DNA of 64,000 nt from Candidatus Magasanikiibacteriota bacterium (GTDB lineage: Bacteria > Patescibacteriota > Patescibacteriia > Magasanikbacterales > UBA922): NCBI GenBank assembly GCA_003482855.1, contig DMXO01000005.1, positions 163,719-227,718 of the forward strand. Reading direction: 5' to 3'. The position numbers and the translations under genes are program-made. The notes below the pieces were generated by a model. It did not search any database. It was given only the letters and a program-made list of their open reading frames with translations, and was not told where the DNA came from. The first letter of the stretch is position 1. Each line of letters opens with the position of its first letter. This document shows, piece by piece, positions 36,384 through 46,000 of this stretch.

Positions 36384-37034
36384 ATGTCTGAAATCATCAC
36401 TACATATCAACTCACTGATCTTGATCAGCAAATCCCGATGGATCGAGATGAATTTTATGATGATCAAATTGAGGTGTACAAAAAGACTGGCAAGCCAACA
36501 CGAGCCGCGGCGATTGCTGATATTTTTCTTTTTACTCCAGAAAGCGATGTTATTTTGCAAAAAAGATCATATCGCAAAAAACACAACCCCGGACTTTTAG
36601 ACAAGACCATGGGCGGACATATAAAATTTGGTGATACACCCAATTATACAGTCATGGTTGAAACATTGGAGGAATTAAATGTGCCGTCTATTGTTACATT
36701 TGATTTTGATGAATTCCAAAAGACTTATAAACTTTTGAAAAGTAAAATCGGCACTACCGCTATACTGCAGTTTATTGATAGCCATTCAGTAAATCTAGAA
36801 AAGATATTTGGAACTGAAAAAGTTTTGATTGGTAACAAATATTTTTTTTATTTGGGTATTTATAACGGTTCACTCAAGCCTGCTGATAGGGAAGCGGCTG
36901 GTTTGATTTTTATTCCGTACGATCAGTTGCAAGAAGAAATACAAAAAACACCAGAACTATATTCCGCTGACGTGAAATTTTTTTTGAGCAAATATAGTAG
37001 TGAAATAGAGAAATTTTTGAAGAATCTCAACTAA
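36384..37034 (+). CDS. Nudix-fold-like protein with degenerate Nudix box, paralog 2
   Basis: GGHIKFGDTPNYTVMVETLEEL. Same architecture as 35714-36370. ATG at 36384. Confidence 0.45.
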   Translation: MSEIITTYQLTDLDQQIPMDRDEFYDDQIEVYKKTGKPTRAAAIADIFLFTPESDVILQKRSYRKKHNPGLLDKTMGGHIKFGDTPNYTVMVETLEELNVPSIVTFDFDEFQKTYKLLKSKIGTTAILQFIDSHSVNLEKIFGTEKVLIGNKYFFYLGIYNGSLKPADREAAGLIFIPYDQLQEEIQKTPELYSADVKFFLSKYSSEIEKFLKNLN

Positions 37035-37070
37035 TATAGAGTAAATATAACTTGAATAAACTTGAATAAA

Positions 37071-37098
37071 TAGACCCTTGACAAAGGTCTATTTTTGT
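37071..37098 (+). terminator. Rho-independent terminator after paralog 2
   Basis: tagaccctt-gacaa-aggtcta followed by tttttg. Confidence 0.5.
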
Positions 37099-37310
37099 GA
37101 TAAAGTCATGTATCTTTAAATCTTATGAATTTTCCTTTTGGCTCGCGCAGAGAGTTTTTGTTATATACAAAGAAAATACATAAGATTTACTTCTACAATC
37201 TAGTAGTAACAACCAAAAGAATTCCGACTCGATCGGGATTCTTTTTTTCTTCTTTCTGCGGGGTCCAAAAGGTTTGGGCTCTTTTTTAGATTTCCGCACG
37301 GAGGAAACTC

Positions 37311-38420
37311 ATGGCTACGGGAAAGCTCTATCTCGTCGCCGGAGCATCCGGCGCGGGAAAGTCAACAGTGGTTGCGGCGATTGCTGCTACCATGCCAAAT
37401 GTCGTTGTACTTAAAAAAGCGACGACGCGTCCTATTCGGAGTGGAGACCCGAATGAGGACGCCTACGCACACCCGTCGTTGGTCAATTTCAAAGATAACA
37501 GTCGTTTTCTCGTCTACGCCACTAATGGTTCGTTGTTGTATGGCGTTGACGTAGAAGAGATCAAGCAGATTCTCAACAGTGGCAGAAATGCTATTTTGGT
37601 GAGCGTGCATGCGGGGGCACGCAGACAACTTGAGGAATTGCTCGGTAGGGATCATGTTGTGGAGGTGTTCATCCACCGTGACTTGACTCCTAGCATGCGA
37701 GAGCTCCTCTTTGCTCGTGGAGGGCTTCGTAGGCTCGTGATCCGTGAGAGGATTTATGAAAGTTTGGCGACAGGACAGTACGTCCCAGACTATATTATCA
37801 TCAACGAGCGCGTTGATCTGGCAGTGAAACAGTTTCGGTTGATCATGCAGGCGAATGGTCCATCGCCTCGCAAAGATTTTACTGGAGCTGCCGGCATCCT
37901 GCATATCGTGGTTGCGGCCACGGGCGTCCTTCGGGACGTTGTGCAAGATGCACCGTTTGCTCTCCAGGGTTGGGGTCGGGCGTACTGCAAGAAGGGCACA
38001 CCAACCCCAAAAGAGGCCGATGAAAATTCACTCCCGCAAGGGTGGATGGAGCACCGGCTGTTCGGACGGGTCTACCGGCTTGACCCGTCTGATGTCATCG
38101 CTCGTGTTCATGATCTTGGTGTAGCGTTTGTCATGTTCTCAGACGTGACTTCGGCTCGTGAGCTACAAGGACTTGTTCAGAAAGCCGGATTCGAGGCACC
38201 TATTCACTACCTGCATCAGGACCAGAAGCAGGTCGATGATTCGGTTCAAGACTTCCCAGAGTGCGAATGGGAAGCAAGACTTCAACACGCTCGTGAGCTC
38301 CAAGAGCGATATGAGTGTGAGCTGATATTGCAGGCGCATCCGATCCTGCTGGTCAACGGTGTGGAGGGTGCACTTGATTGGGTGTATCGTTGCATTAACG
38401 AACGACCACGTCGTCATTAA
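37311..38420 (+). CDS. P-loop kinase (guanylate-kinase-like N-domain) fused to an unknown C-terminal domain, on a GC-rich island
   Basis: GASGAGKST P-loop and TTRPIR, with a GK-like fold order, then about 190 aa unassigned. GGAGGA RBS. Composition is much higher in GC than the flanks. Confidence 0.6.
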   Translation: MATGKLYLVAGASGAGKSTVVAAIAATMPNVVVLKKATTRPIRSGDPNEDAYAHPSLVNFKDNSRFLVYATNGSLLYGVDVEEIKQILNSGRNAILVSVHAGARRQLEELLGRDHVVEVFIHRDLTPSMRELLFARGGLRRLVIRERIYESLATGQYVPDYIIINERVDLAVKQFRLIMQANGPSPRKDFTGAAGILHIVVAATGVLRDVVQDAPFALQGWGRAYCKKGTPTPKEADENSLPQGWMEHRLFGRVYRLDPSDVIARVHDLGVAFVMFSDVTSARELQGLVQKAGFEAPIHYLHQDQKQVDDSVQDFPECEWEARLQHARELQERYECELILQAHPILLVNGVEGALDWVYRCINERPRRH

Positions 38421-38493
38421 TGTGCCCACAAAAAGGAGGAAAAAAGGAGGGCACAAAAAAACAGCTTACATGAAGTAGGCTGTTTTTATTTAT

Positions 38494-39201
38494 TTAATTT
38501 TGGATTCGTTTGTTCCTTCCGAGAAGTAGACCAAACTTTTTATCAAACTTATTGGGGAAATGTTCAACGGAAAATCCGTGTTCACGGAGTATATTTTCTA
38601 AGTTAACACGTTTATTTTTTTGCGTTTCATGATACTCCACTGCCATATATTGGATTGATCGAAAGATCGAAAGATCGAAAGATTTCAAAATATCAAATTC
38701 CGCGCCTTCAATATCCATTTTCAGTAAACCTATGGTATCGATATGTTCTTTTTCTATGAGTTTATCGAATGATATGGTACGAACCTGAATATGATCAGAG
38801 GATGAACTGGTTGAGTGATCTGACGAAGTAGTATGGTTGTGCGAATTTTTAGAAATAAATAGTTTTATTCTCGTTTCAACACTATCACTCAAGGCATAGG
38901 GGAGTAGGTGTACATTTTTTAAAAGATTGAGTGAGCTATTTTGTTCAAATAATTGTATATTGTCTGGATGTGGTTCAAGCGCGATTATTTTCACATTAGG
39001 ATTAAGCGTACGAGCATATAATGAAAATACACCAATATGCGCGCCAACATCAATTATTGGATATTGAATATTGGATATTATTGAATCAAGCGATCGGTAC
39101 ATGTGGTCAACAAAAAATTCGTCGATGACGGATGTGTCTGAATCATCGCGATATTTGATTGATATATATTTTTTTTGAAATGATATATCCCGTGTATTCA
39201 T
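38494..39201 (-). CDS. FkbM-family SAM-dependent methyltransferase
   Basis: IDVGAHIGVFS...ALEPHPDNIQ. Confidence 0.8.
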   Translation of the reverse strand: MNTRDISFQKKYISIKYRDDSDTSVIDEFFVDHMYRSLDSIISNIQYPIIDVGAHIGVFSLYARTLNPNVKIIALEPHPDNIQLFEQNSSLNLLKNVHLLPYALSDSVETRIKLFISKNSHNHTTSSDHSTSSSSDHIQVRTISFDKLIEKEHIDTIGLLKMDIEGAEFDILKSFDLSIFRSIQYMAVEYHETQKNKRVNLENILREHGFSVEHFPNKFDKKFGLLLGRNKRIQN

Positions 39202-39257
39202 AATCTGTAATTTGAAATTTATAATTGTTTAAAAATTTTAAATTAAAAATTCAAAAT

Positions 39258-39285
39258 TAGAAAAATCCGCCTCTTCGGCGGATTT
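39258..39285 (-). terminator. Rho-independent terminator after rpmA
   Basis: aaaaatccgcc-tcttc-ggcggattt, with a T-tract on the minus strand. Confidence 0.6.
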
Positions 39286-39287
39286 AG

Positions 39288-39566
39288 TTATGCGGTCATG
39301 ACATGGATGTACTTTGCAGTACGGAGAGAACCATCAAATCGTTTTCTTTTTTTTGTTTGGAATTTGATAGTGCCTGCCAATCCTGCGAGAAGCGTATCAT
39401 CTTTTCCTTTTTTGACATTTTTTCCTGGGTGGATCTTTGTCCCACGTTGTCGGACGAGCACCATACCTGATCTCACTGTTTGGCCGTCTCCGACCTTGAC
39501 ACCGAGGTACTGTGGTTGTGAATCTCGTCCCAACCGGGTGGAACCACCTGCCTTTTTATGTGACAT
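39288..39566 (-). CDS. rpmA: 50S ribosomal protein L27
   Basis: [16 protein letters not shown]...[13 protein letters not shown]...DDTLLA matches L27; C-terminal extension. Confidence 0.95.
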   Translation of the reverse strand: MSHKKAGGSTRLGRDSQPQYLGVKVGDGQTVRSGMVLVRQRGTKIHPGKNVKKGKDDTLLAGLAGTIKFQTKKRKRFDGSLRTAKYIHVMTA

Positions 39567-39638
39567 AGTAGTTTGGTTTTAAGTTGTAGAAAATTAGATT
39601 CTCAGCCTATAAAGGCCCAAGAAAATGGAAGTGGGATT

Positions 39639-39689
39639 AGTATAACGCTTTTGCTTTTTCTTGTCAATAGGGCTATTTTGGCGTATACT
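39639..39689. promoter_or_regulatory. Overlapping divergent sigma70-like promoters sharing a palindromic -35 (ttgtcaa)
   Basis: Plus strand: TTGTCA 39661-39666, 17-nt spacer, TATACT 39684-39689. Minus strand: TTGACA (rc of 39662-39667), 17-nt spacer, TATACT (rc of 39639-39644) for rpmA. Confidence 0.45.
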
Positions 39690-39719
39690 TTGGGGTAGGA
39701 AGCAAGAAGACATATCCAT

Positions 39720-40112
39720 ATGTCTCTTATTGAATCTTTTATCATTTTTATGAAATTTCGTCTGTATCCGCTCAAGCTATATTTTCTCAATGTACCTGTC
39801 GGTATATTATTGGGTGTTGCCTTGCTACTCAATATATTTAGCTGGGTGTGGCTATGGGTCCAGATGCCCCAGACAAGTGAACAGGCTTTTCTCCATTACA
39901 ATATTTTGTTTGGTGTGGATGCCATAGGAGAAAGTTGGAAAGTGTTTTATGCCCCTTTTTTGGGATTTTTTATTTTGATTATCAATGCGCTTTTGGGATG
40001 GATATTGTATCGCAAGGATAAATTCATGGCTCAGATATTGAATTTTATTACCTGTTTGTGTCAGATTTTTATTGTTATAGCCTCATTTTTGTTAGTATTT
40101 TTGAATATCTAA
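39720..40112 (+). CDS. Hypothetical small integral-membrane protein
   Basis: Four predicted TM segments; no recognisable motif. Confidence 0.4.
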   Translation: MSLIESFIIFMKFRLYPLKLYFLNVPVGILLGVALLLNIFSWVWLWVQMPQTSEQAFLHYNILFGVDAIGESWKVFYAPFLGFFILIINALLGWILYRKDKFMAQILNFITCLCQIFIVIASFLLVFLNI

Positions 40113-40130
40113 CTATATAGACTCTGGTGT

Positions 40131-41234
40131 ATGCGAGATACTACGAGATCAGCTGATTATGTGCTCCTCACATATTTTTTAATTCTTGTTTTGTTTGGGT
40201 TGCTTATTTTGAGTTCTGCTGGAGTTGCGGTAGGACTCGAAAGATTTCAGGATCCTTATTTTTTTATCAAACGTCAATTATTGCTCGGTGTTATTCCTGG
40301 GGTTATATTATTTTTGATAGCAGCCAAGATTGATTATCATATATGGAAAAAATACTCTTTTTTTATTTTTATCGCGGGCATTGTGTTGCTTCTTCTCCCG
40401 TTTATTCCTGGCATAGGCTCCACGCACAATACCGGCTCACATAGTTGGATTGCTATTGGGGGTCATTCATTTCAGCCTGCAGAAGCAGCCAAATTGACTC
40501 TCATTATTTTTATGGCTGCTTTTTTGTCCAATATGTCAAAGCGCATATATGATTTCAAACATGGTTTTTTGGTTGCGCTTGGTGTGGGGATGATTCCTAT
40601 TGTACTGATTGTATTACAGCCAGATGTTGGTACTACGTTTATTTTATTTAGTGTATTGATTGTCTTGCTTTTTTTGGCTGATGCACGTCTTTCACATCTC
40701 GCATTACTCGGTTTGGCTGCAGTTATCGGTTTTGGAATTATTATTTTGGCTGCGCCTTATCGTGCGGAGCGTTTCACTACTTTTTTGCATCCAGAGTTGG
40801 ATCCCCAAGGTCAAGGGTACCAGATCAATCAAGCTTTTTTGGCAATTGGTTCAGGAGGTTGGTTAGGCCTTGGTCTCGGACATTCACGTCAGAAGTTTCA
40901 GTATTTGCCTGAAGTTCATGCTGATAGTATATTTGCTATTGCAGCAGAAGAGTTGGGATTTGTCATTATCACATTATTTTTGTTATTATTTGTGCTTATC
41001 ATACTGAGGGGATTGCGTATCGCAAAATATAGTGATGGATTTGGCAGACTGCTTGTCGGGGGGATTATGAGTTGGTTTATCATTCAGTCACTTCTCAATA
41101 TTGGCGCCATGGTTGGTCTCTTGCCACTTACGGGCGTGCCTTTGCCATTTGTGAGTCATGGAGGCTCTGCACTTATGATTGGTATGGTCGGTATGGGGAT
41201 GATTATGAATGTAAGTAAATATAATAGTATATAA
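40131..41234 (+). CDS. ftsW: SEDS-family peptidoglycan polymerase FtsW/RodA
   Basis: FtsW/RodA/SpoVE fold; sits upstream of murG as in dcw clusters. Confidence 0.85.
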   Translation: MRDTTRSADYVLLTYFLILVLFGLLILSSAGVAVGLERFQDPYFFIKRQLLLGVIPGVILFLIAAKIDYHIWKKYSFFIFIAGIVLLLLPFIPGIGSTHNTGSHSWIAIGGHSFQPAEAAKLTLIIFMAAFLSNMSKRIYDFKHGFLVALGVGMIPIVLIVLQPDVGTTFILFSVLIVLLFLADARLSHLALLGLAAVIGFGIIILAAPYRAERFTTFLHPELDPQGQGYQINQAFLAIGSGGWLGLGLGHSRQKFQYLPEVHADSIFAIAAEELGFVIITLFLLLFVLIILRGLRIAKYSDGFGRLLVGGIMSWFIIQSLLNIGAMVGLLPLTGVPLPFVSHGGSALMIGMVGMGMIMNVSKYNSI

Positions 41235-41256
41235 CCTATATAGCATATAACTCATT

Positions 41257-42330
41257 ATGAAAATCATATTCTCCGGTGGTGGTACACTTGGACCAGTCAC
41301 ACCACTCCTCGCTATAAAAGACATTATTCAAGAAAAACATGTAGATGCTCAATTTCTTTGGGTAGGAACTAGGCGTGGTCCAGAAAAAGACCTTGTCGAA
41401 GAAGCGGATATGCGTTTTGTGTCTCTTTCTTCGGGTAAATTTCGTCGATATATATCGTTGTGGAATATAATAGATATAGGTAGAATTATTATTGGTTTTT
41501 TTCAATCAATTAAACTTTTGTGGAAAGAAAATCCAGATGTCTGTATTTCAGCAGGCGGTTTTATTTCAGTGCCTCTTCATTTCGCTGCATGGTTTCTCGG
41601 TATTCCCACATGGGTGCATCAGCAAGATGTAGTTGTTGGGCTTGCCAACAGACTTATGACTCCATGTGCGCGCGTGATTACGACATCTCTTGAACACCAG
41701 ATGAAATATTTTTCAAAAAAGAAAACCAAGTGGCTAGGCAATCCAGTTCGTGTAGAATTGTTACATGGGAGTAGAGAAGAAGCTGTACGTATATTTAATC
41801 TCAAAAAAGATATTCCTGTTGTATTTGCAACAGGTGGAGGTACTGGATCTCTCAAAGTAAATCAGCTCATTGTAGAGGCAGTACAGCATCTCAAGGGATT
41901 TGCTCAGGTGATACATCTATCTGGCAAAGAACGTCCTCAAGAACTCGTGACGCGTGCAGTTAAAATTTATGATGATTATCAGGTACACCAATTTTTCACT
42001 CATGAGATGAAACATGCGTATGCAGTAGCAGATATCGTTATTTCGCGCGGGGGATTTGGATCGCTTACCGAGATAGCTGCACTTGGCAAACCAGCTATTC
42101 TCATACCGAAGCCGGGACATCAGGTAGAAAATGTACGTTTTCTCGAGAAAGCGGGGGCTGCAATGCTCGTAGATGAACGGACAGCAGATGGGCTCTATCT
42201 GGCAAAAGTTGTGCGTCAAATTTTGGATGATAAGGTGAAACAAAAACAACTTGCGTTTAATTTACACAAGATGTTGCCAGTAGCAAAAAAAGAAGACATA
42301 CTAAGTATTATAGGTAGATTGGTAGATTGA
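41257..42330 (+). CDS. murG: Undecaprenyldiphospho-muramoylpentapeptide beta-N-acetylglucosaminyltransferase
   Basis: GGGTLGPVTPLLAI N-terminal motif and a GT28 C-terminal domain. Confidence 0.9.
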   Translation: MKIIFSGGGTLGPVTPLLAIKDIIQEKHVDAQFLWVGTRRGPEKDLVEEADMRFVSLSSGKFRRYISLWNIIDIGRIIIGFFQSIKLLWKENPDVCISAGGFISVPLHFAAWFLGIPTWVHQQDVVVGLANRLMTPCARVITTSLEHQMKYFSKKKTKWLGNPVRVELLHGSREEAVRIFNLKKDIPVVFATGGGTGSLKVNQLIVEAVQHLKGFAQVIHLSGKERPQELVTRAVKIYDDYQVHQFFTHEMKHAYAVADIVISRGGFGSLTEIAALGKPAILIPKPGHQVENVRFLEKAGAAMLVDERTADGLYLAKVVRQILDDKVKQKQLAFNLHKMLPVAKKEDILSIIGRLVD

Positions 42331-42416
42331 GGAATGTGAGAGATTTTGTATATTTTTCAGTGCAGGTATTTTAATTTTTTTGAACAAAAAACAGCCTCTG
42401 TACTGTTGTTTGTTTT

Positions 42417-43292
42417 TTATGCCGCGACTTGAGTAATTTGTCCTTTTTGTTCTTCCCAGTCAAAGTGTGAAAGATCATCAGGTGTCAATACAACTTCTCT
42501 CACTTCTGGCATCTCGCCATGTCGTAAATATGCATCTAACGACTGACCATTGTACATCAACGCCAATTTTTGGGTAGAGATTGTTTCCGGTTCTTCGTTG
42601 GAAGATGTATTAAATTCTAGACGTCCCTCATTATCTCCAAATAAATTTCTGACTAGTGGTTCCAATTGTTTATTAAGCAACCACGATTTTAATTTAATTT
42701 TTTTGGCTTTTATATCTCCATTTCTTATGTCCTGTGCAAGTGCTTTTAATCCCTGTAGTATGTTTGGAATTATTTTTTCTTTTTTTGTTGAAGTAGGAGG
42801 AATGTGGATTGATATTTGATCAGGATTATCTTGATGATAAGCTAAAGTTTCATTTAGATAAATAAGCCCTGTATTTTCATCTAAACCTTTTTTATGTTCC
42901 CAATTGCCGAGTAGCCAACTATTTAAGTATAGTTCATCAGCTTTGTGGGCGAATCCTTGTTTATCAAATGTGCCTGCCTCAGCTTGACCCAAGGCATATT
43001 CCAAAAATAATTTACCTGGGTCTTCTTTTTCTTCCTCTGCCCCACGTTTTTTATGTTTTTTTAGACCACCCCATTTTTTTTCTTGGCTGTTAATGTTACT
43101 TTCATAGTCCCAGACTTCTTGTTGTAGTGTGTGCATACGGTCTATGACAATTCCTTTTGGAGTCCCTGGATCCTGTAATATTTTTTGGTATATTTCAAAA
43201 CCTCTGCACAACCTTTGAAAAGCGGGATTATTAAGGAGAATTTGTTCTCTGGTTAATTTACTCTCCTGGGGTGATATATGTTCTGTCTCCAT
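42417..43292 (-). CDS. Hypothetical protein, no recognisable domain
   Basis: Long ORF with protein-like composition, in an isolated minus-strand position. Confidence 0.4.
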   Translation of the reverse strand: METEHISPQESKLTREQILLNNPAFQRLCRGFEIYQKILQDPGTPKGIVIDRMHTLQQEVWDYESNINSQEKKWGGLKKHKKRGAEEEKEDPGKLFLEYALGQAEAGTFDKQGFAHKADELYLNSWLLGNWEHKKGLDENTGLIYLNETLAYHQDNPDQISIHIPPTSTKKEKIIPNILQGLKALAQDIRNGDIKAKKIKLKSWLLNKQLEPLVRNLFGDNEGRLEFNTSSNEEPETISTQKLALMYNGQSLDAYLRHGEMPEVREVVLTPDDLSHFDWEEQKGQITQVAA

Positions 43293-43406
43293 ATAAAAAA
43301 GTCTTATTTTTTAGTAATTTTGCGTATATGTATCTAGTTTGGTTAAATGTTTTTGTAGTAAGTATTATTTTACCTCTTTTCGGTTTTTTTGTATACTTAA
43401 CAAAAT

Positions 43407-43967
43407 ATGGATTTAAAAGATCAAAGATATTTGTTGGGTATTGCTCGCCAAGCGCTCGAGCATTTTTTTGAAACCCAATCAAAAATAACTATTGATGAAT
43501 CAACGTTGCATAGTCCTTTTTTGAAAGAAAAACGAGGTGTATTTGTTACCTTGTATAAACATGAAGAGTTACGTGGGTGTATTGGTTATATTGAGCCGAT
43601 TGAAAAATTGTATAAAGCTGTCAGAGAAAATATTTTGAGCGCTGCTTTTGACGATCCACGTTTTGAACCACTTGAAAAAGATGAACTGAAAGATATTCAT
43701 ATTGAAATTTCTGTTTTGACAATACCAAAAAAGTTAGAATATAATGCTCCTACAGACTTATTAAAAAAATTAAGACCACTTGTAGACGGGGTGATAATAG
43801 AAAAGGGGGATTATAGTGCAACCTATTTGCCACAAGTATGGGAAGAATTTTTTAGAAAAGAAGATTTTTTGTCATCATTGTGTGTAAAGGCGGGTTTGGG
43901 TGAGGATGAATGGAAACAAGGTCATCTTGTCGTGTATACATATAGTGCAGATATTTTTCATGAGTGA
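43407..43967 (+). CDS. AMMECR1-domain protein
   Basis: RGCIGYIEP motif and overall AMMECR1 fold. Confidence 0.85.
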   Translation: MDLKDQRYLLGIARQALEHFFETQSKITIDESTLHSPFLKEKRGVFVTLYKHEELRGCIGYIEPIEKLYKAVRENILSAAFDDPRFEPLEKDELKDIHIEISVLTIPKKLEYNAPTDLLKKLRPLVDGVIIEKGDYSATYLPQVWEEFFRKEDFLSSLCVKAGLGEDEWKQGHLVVYTYSADIFHE

Positions 43968-44023
43968 GATAGTGTGATATACTTGTACTGTACTATGTAT
44001 GTCATAAGTTATTATTGTTTTGT

Positions 44024-45988
44024 ATGCCAATAGGCAATCTACAACAAAAAGGCGGTGAACAGAAAAAAGAAGAAATCTGTGTTTTTGCGCAGACCAATTT
44101 TCGTAATCGTTTGACCAAATTTGGCATCAAGACTGATGACCGACGCCGTCATATGTATGTGATTGGCAAGACAGGTATGGGCAAGACCACGATGATGGAA
44201 AACATGGTTTTGCATGATATCTATGCAGGACACGGAGTAGGTATTGTGGATCCACATGGTGACTTTGCTGAAAAAATTATCAATTACATACCTTCAAATA
44301 GAATTAATGATGTCGTATATTTTAATCCTGCTGATGTCAATAACCCTATTGGGTTCAATGTGTTTGAGGTCCAGAGTGAAGAACAGAAGCATTTGGTTGC
44401 TTCTGGGCTTATGGGTATTTTCAAAAAGATATGGCCTGATGTATGGAGTTCAAGAATGGAATATATTTTGAATAATACTATTTTGGCTTTGCTCGATTAT
44501 CCAGGATCTACACTACTTGGGATCAATCGTCTGCTGGCTGACAAGGCATATCGTCGTAAGGTAGTAAAGCAATTGACAGACCCTGTGGTCAAAGCTTTTT
44601 GGCATGATGAATTTGCCAACTATGAACCACGGTATGCAAAAGAGGCCGTAGCTCCTATCCAAAACAAAATTGGTCAGTTTTTGTCCGCGTCAGTTATTCG
44701 TAACATGGTTGCTCAGGTGAAATCTACTATCAATGTGCGCGACATCATGGACACACAAAAGATATTTATCATGAATTTGTCCAAAGGTCGTATTGGTGAG
44801 GACAATAGTCGTCTGCTCGGAGGCATGCTTATCACCAAATTACAGCTCGCTGCCATGGAACGTGTAGATATACCCGAAGCACAACGCAGGGATTTCTTTT
44901 TGTATGTTGATGAATTTCAAAATTTTGCCACACCTTCATTTGCCAATATTTTGTCTGAAGCTCGAAAATATCGTCTCAGTCTCATCATGGCTCATCAATA
45001 TGTAGCTCAGCTTGATGAGATAGTGGCTGACGCAGTATTTGGCAACGTGGGTACTATTGTTACGTTTCGTGTTGGTGGTGCTGACGCCGAAATGCTTGCA
45101 AAAGAATTCGAGCCTACATTTCTCGAGACAAATATCGTGAACTTGGCGAAGTATCAAGTATTGCTCAAACTTATGATTGACGGTGTTGCGTCGCAACCAT
45201 TTAGCGCGCTTACATTGCCTCCTATAGGTTCTATTACCGACTCTGCAGAAAAAGTCATACGTGTTTCTCGCGAACGATATAGCAAACCACGCAGTGTGAT
45301 AGAAGACAAAATTTTGCGTTGGAGTGGTATGGAAGCTGAGATGAGGGGCGATGATGATTTGTCTGATGATGAAGATGGCGTGGGTGAGGGAGATGAACTT
45401 GGACAAGAGCTTGGACAAGAACAACCAGTGCAGTCCCAACCAAAACCTAAAGAAGCTGAACCTCAAGAAAAGACTGAGCGAAAAAAAGAAGAGAGAAAAG
45501 AAGAAAAGAAAGATTTTCATGGACCTCATGAAAATAAACAGACTGTTTCTACTCCGCAAAAGAGTGAAGAACAAGAGAATCATCAAAAGAGTATTTCTCT
45601 GAGTGATCTCTTGCCAAAGACAGACCCAACAGACAACTACATGTTGAAATTTGAAGAAGACACAGCATCGAAAAAAGATGCCCAAGCTCCTCAAGTATTG
45701 TCAGAAAAAAAGTCTGATATCTCTCGTACGTCACCAACGGCTCCTATCTTCAATTCAGATCAAGTCATGCATACTGATAATCAACAACCGAAAAAGAAAA
45801 AAAGACGTAGAAGAAAAAAGAAAAAAACATCAGGGTCAGGAGAAAACACACCTAGTGTGGCTGTGGCTCCTTCTCAACATAGTGGACCACGTCAATTACA
45901 GCCTGACAAGATTATACGTTTTGACAAAAATGATACAAAAGGCAATGATGATTATAATGACCATGATATTCCTGATTCAGAACGTTAA
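44024..45988 (+). CDS. VirD4/TraG/TrwB-like coupling-protein-family P-loop ATPase with a long disordered charged C-terminal tail; no N-terminal TM
   Basis: HMYVIGKTGMGKTT Walker A, GIVDPHGD (TraG-type), Walker B LYVDEFQNF. The last roughly 230 aa are a low-complexity acidic/lysine-rich tail with a KKKKRRRRKKKK run. Confidence 0.6.
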   Translation: MPIGNLQQKGGEQKKEEICVFAQTNFRNRLTKFGIKTDDRRRHMYVIGKTGMGKTTMMENMVLHDIYAGHGVGIVDPHGDFAEKIINYIPSNRINDVVYFNPADVNNPIGFNVFEVQSEEQKHLVASGLMGIFKKIWPDVWSSRMEYILNNTILALLDYPGSTLLGINRLLADKAYRRKVVKQLTDPVVKAFWHDEFANYEPRYAKEAVAPIQNKIGQFLSASVIRNMVAQVKSTINVRDIMDTQKIFIMNLSKGRIGEDNSRLLGGMLITKLQLAAMERVDIPEAQRRDFFLYVDEFQNFATPSFANILSEARKYRLSLIMAHQYVAQLDEIVADAVFGNVGTIVTFRVGGADAEMLAKEFEPTFLETNIVNLAKYQVLLKLMIDGVASQPFSALTLPPIGSITDSAEKVIRVSRERYSKPRSVIEDKILRWSGMEAEMRGDDDLSDDEDGVGEGDELGQELGQEQPVQSQPKPKEAEPQEKTERKKEERKEEKKDFHGPHENKQTVSTPQKSEEQENHQKSISLSDLLPKTDPTDNYMLKFEEDTASKKDAQAPQVLSEKKSDISRTSPTAPIFNSDQVMHTDNQQPKKKKRRRRKKKKTSGSGENTPSVAVAPSQHSGPRQLQPDKIIRFDKNDTKGNDDYNDHDIPDSER

Positions 45989-46000
45989 TATATTATTATA

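Noticed and set aside
44936-45694. Minus-strand 252-aa ORF
   Set aside because: Antisense to the low-complexity tail of the VirD4-like gene. Its translation is F/L-rich low complexity.
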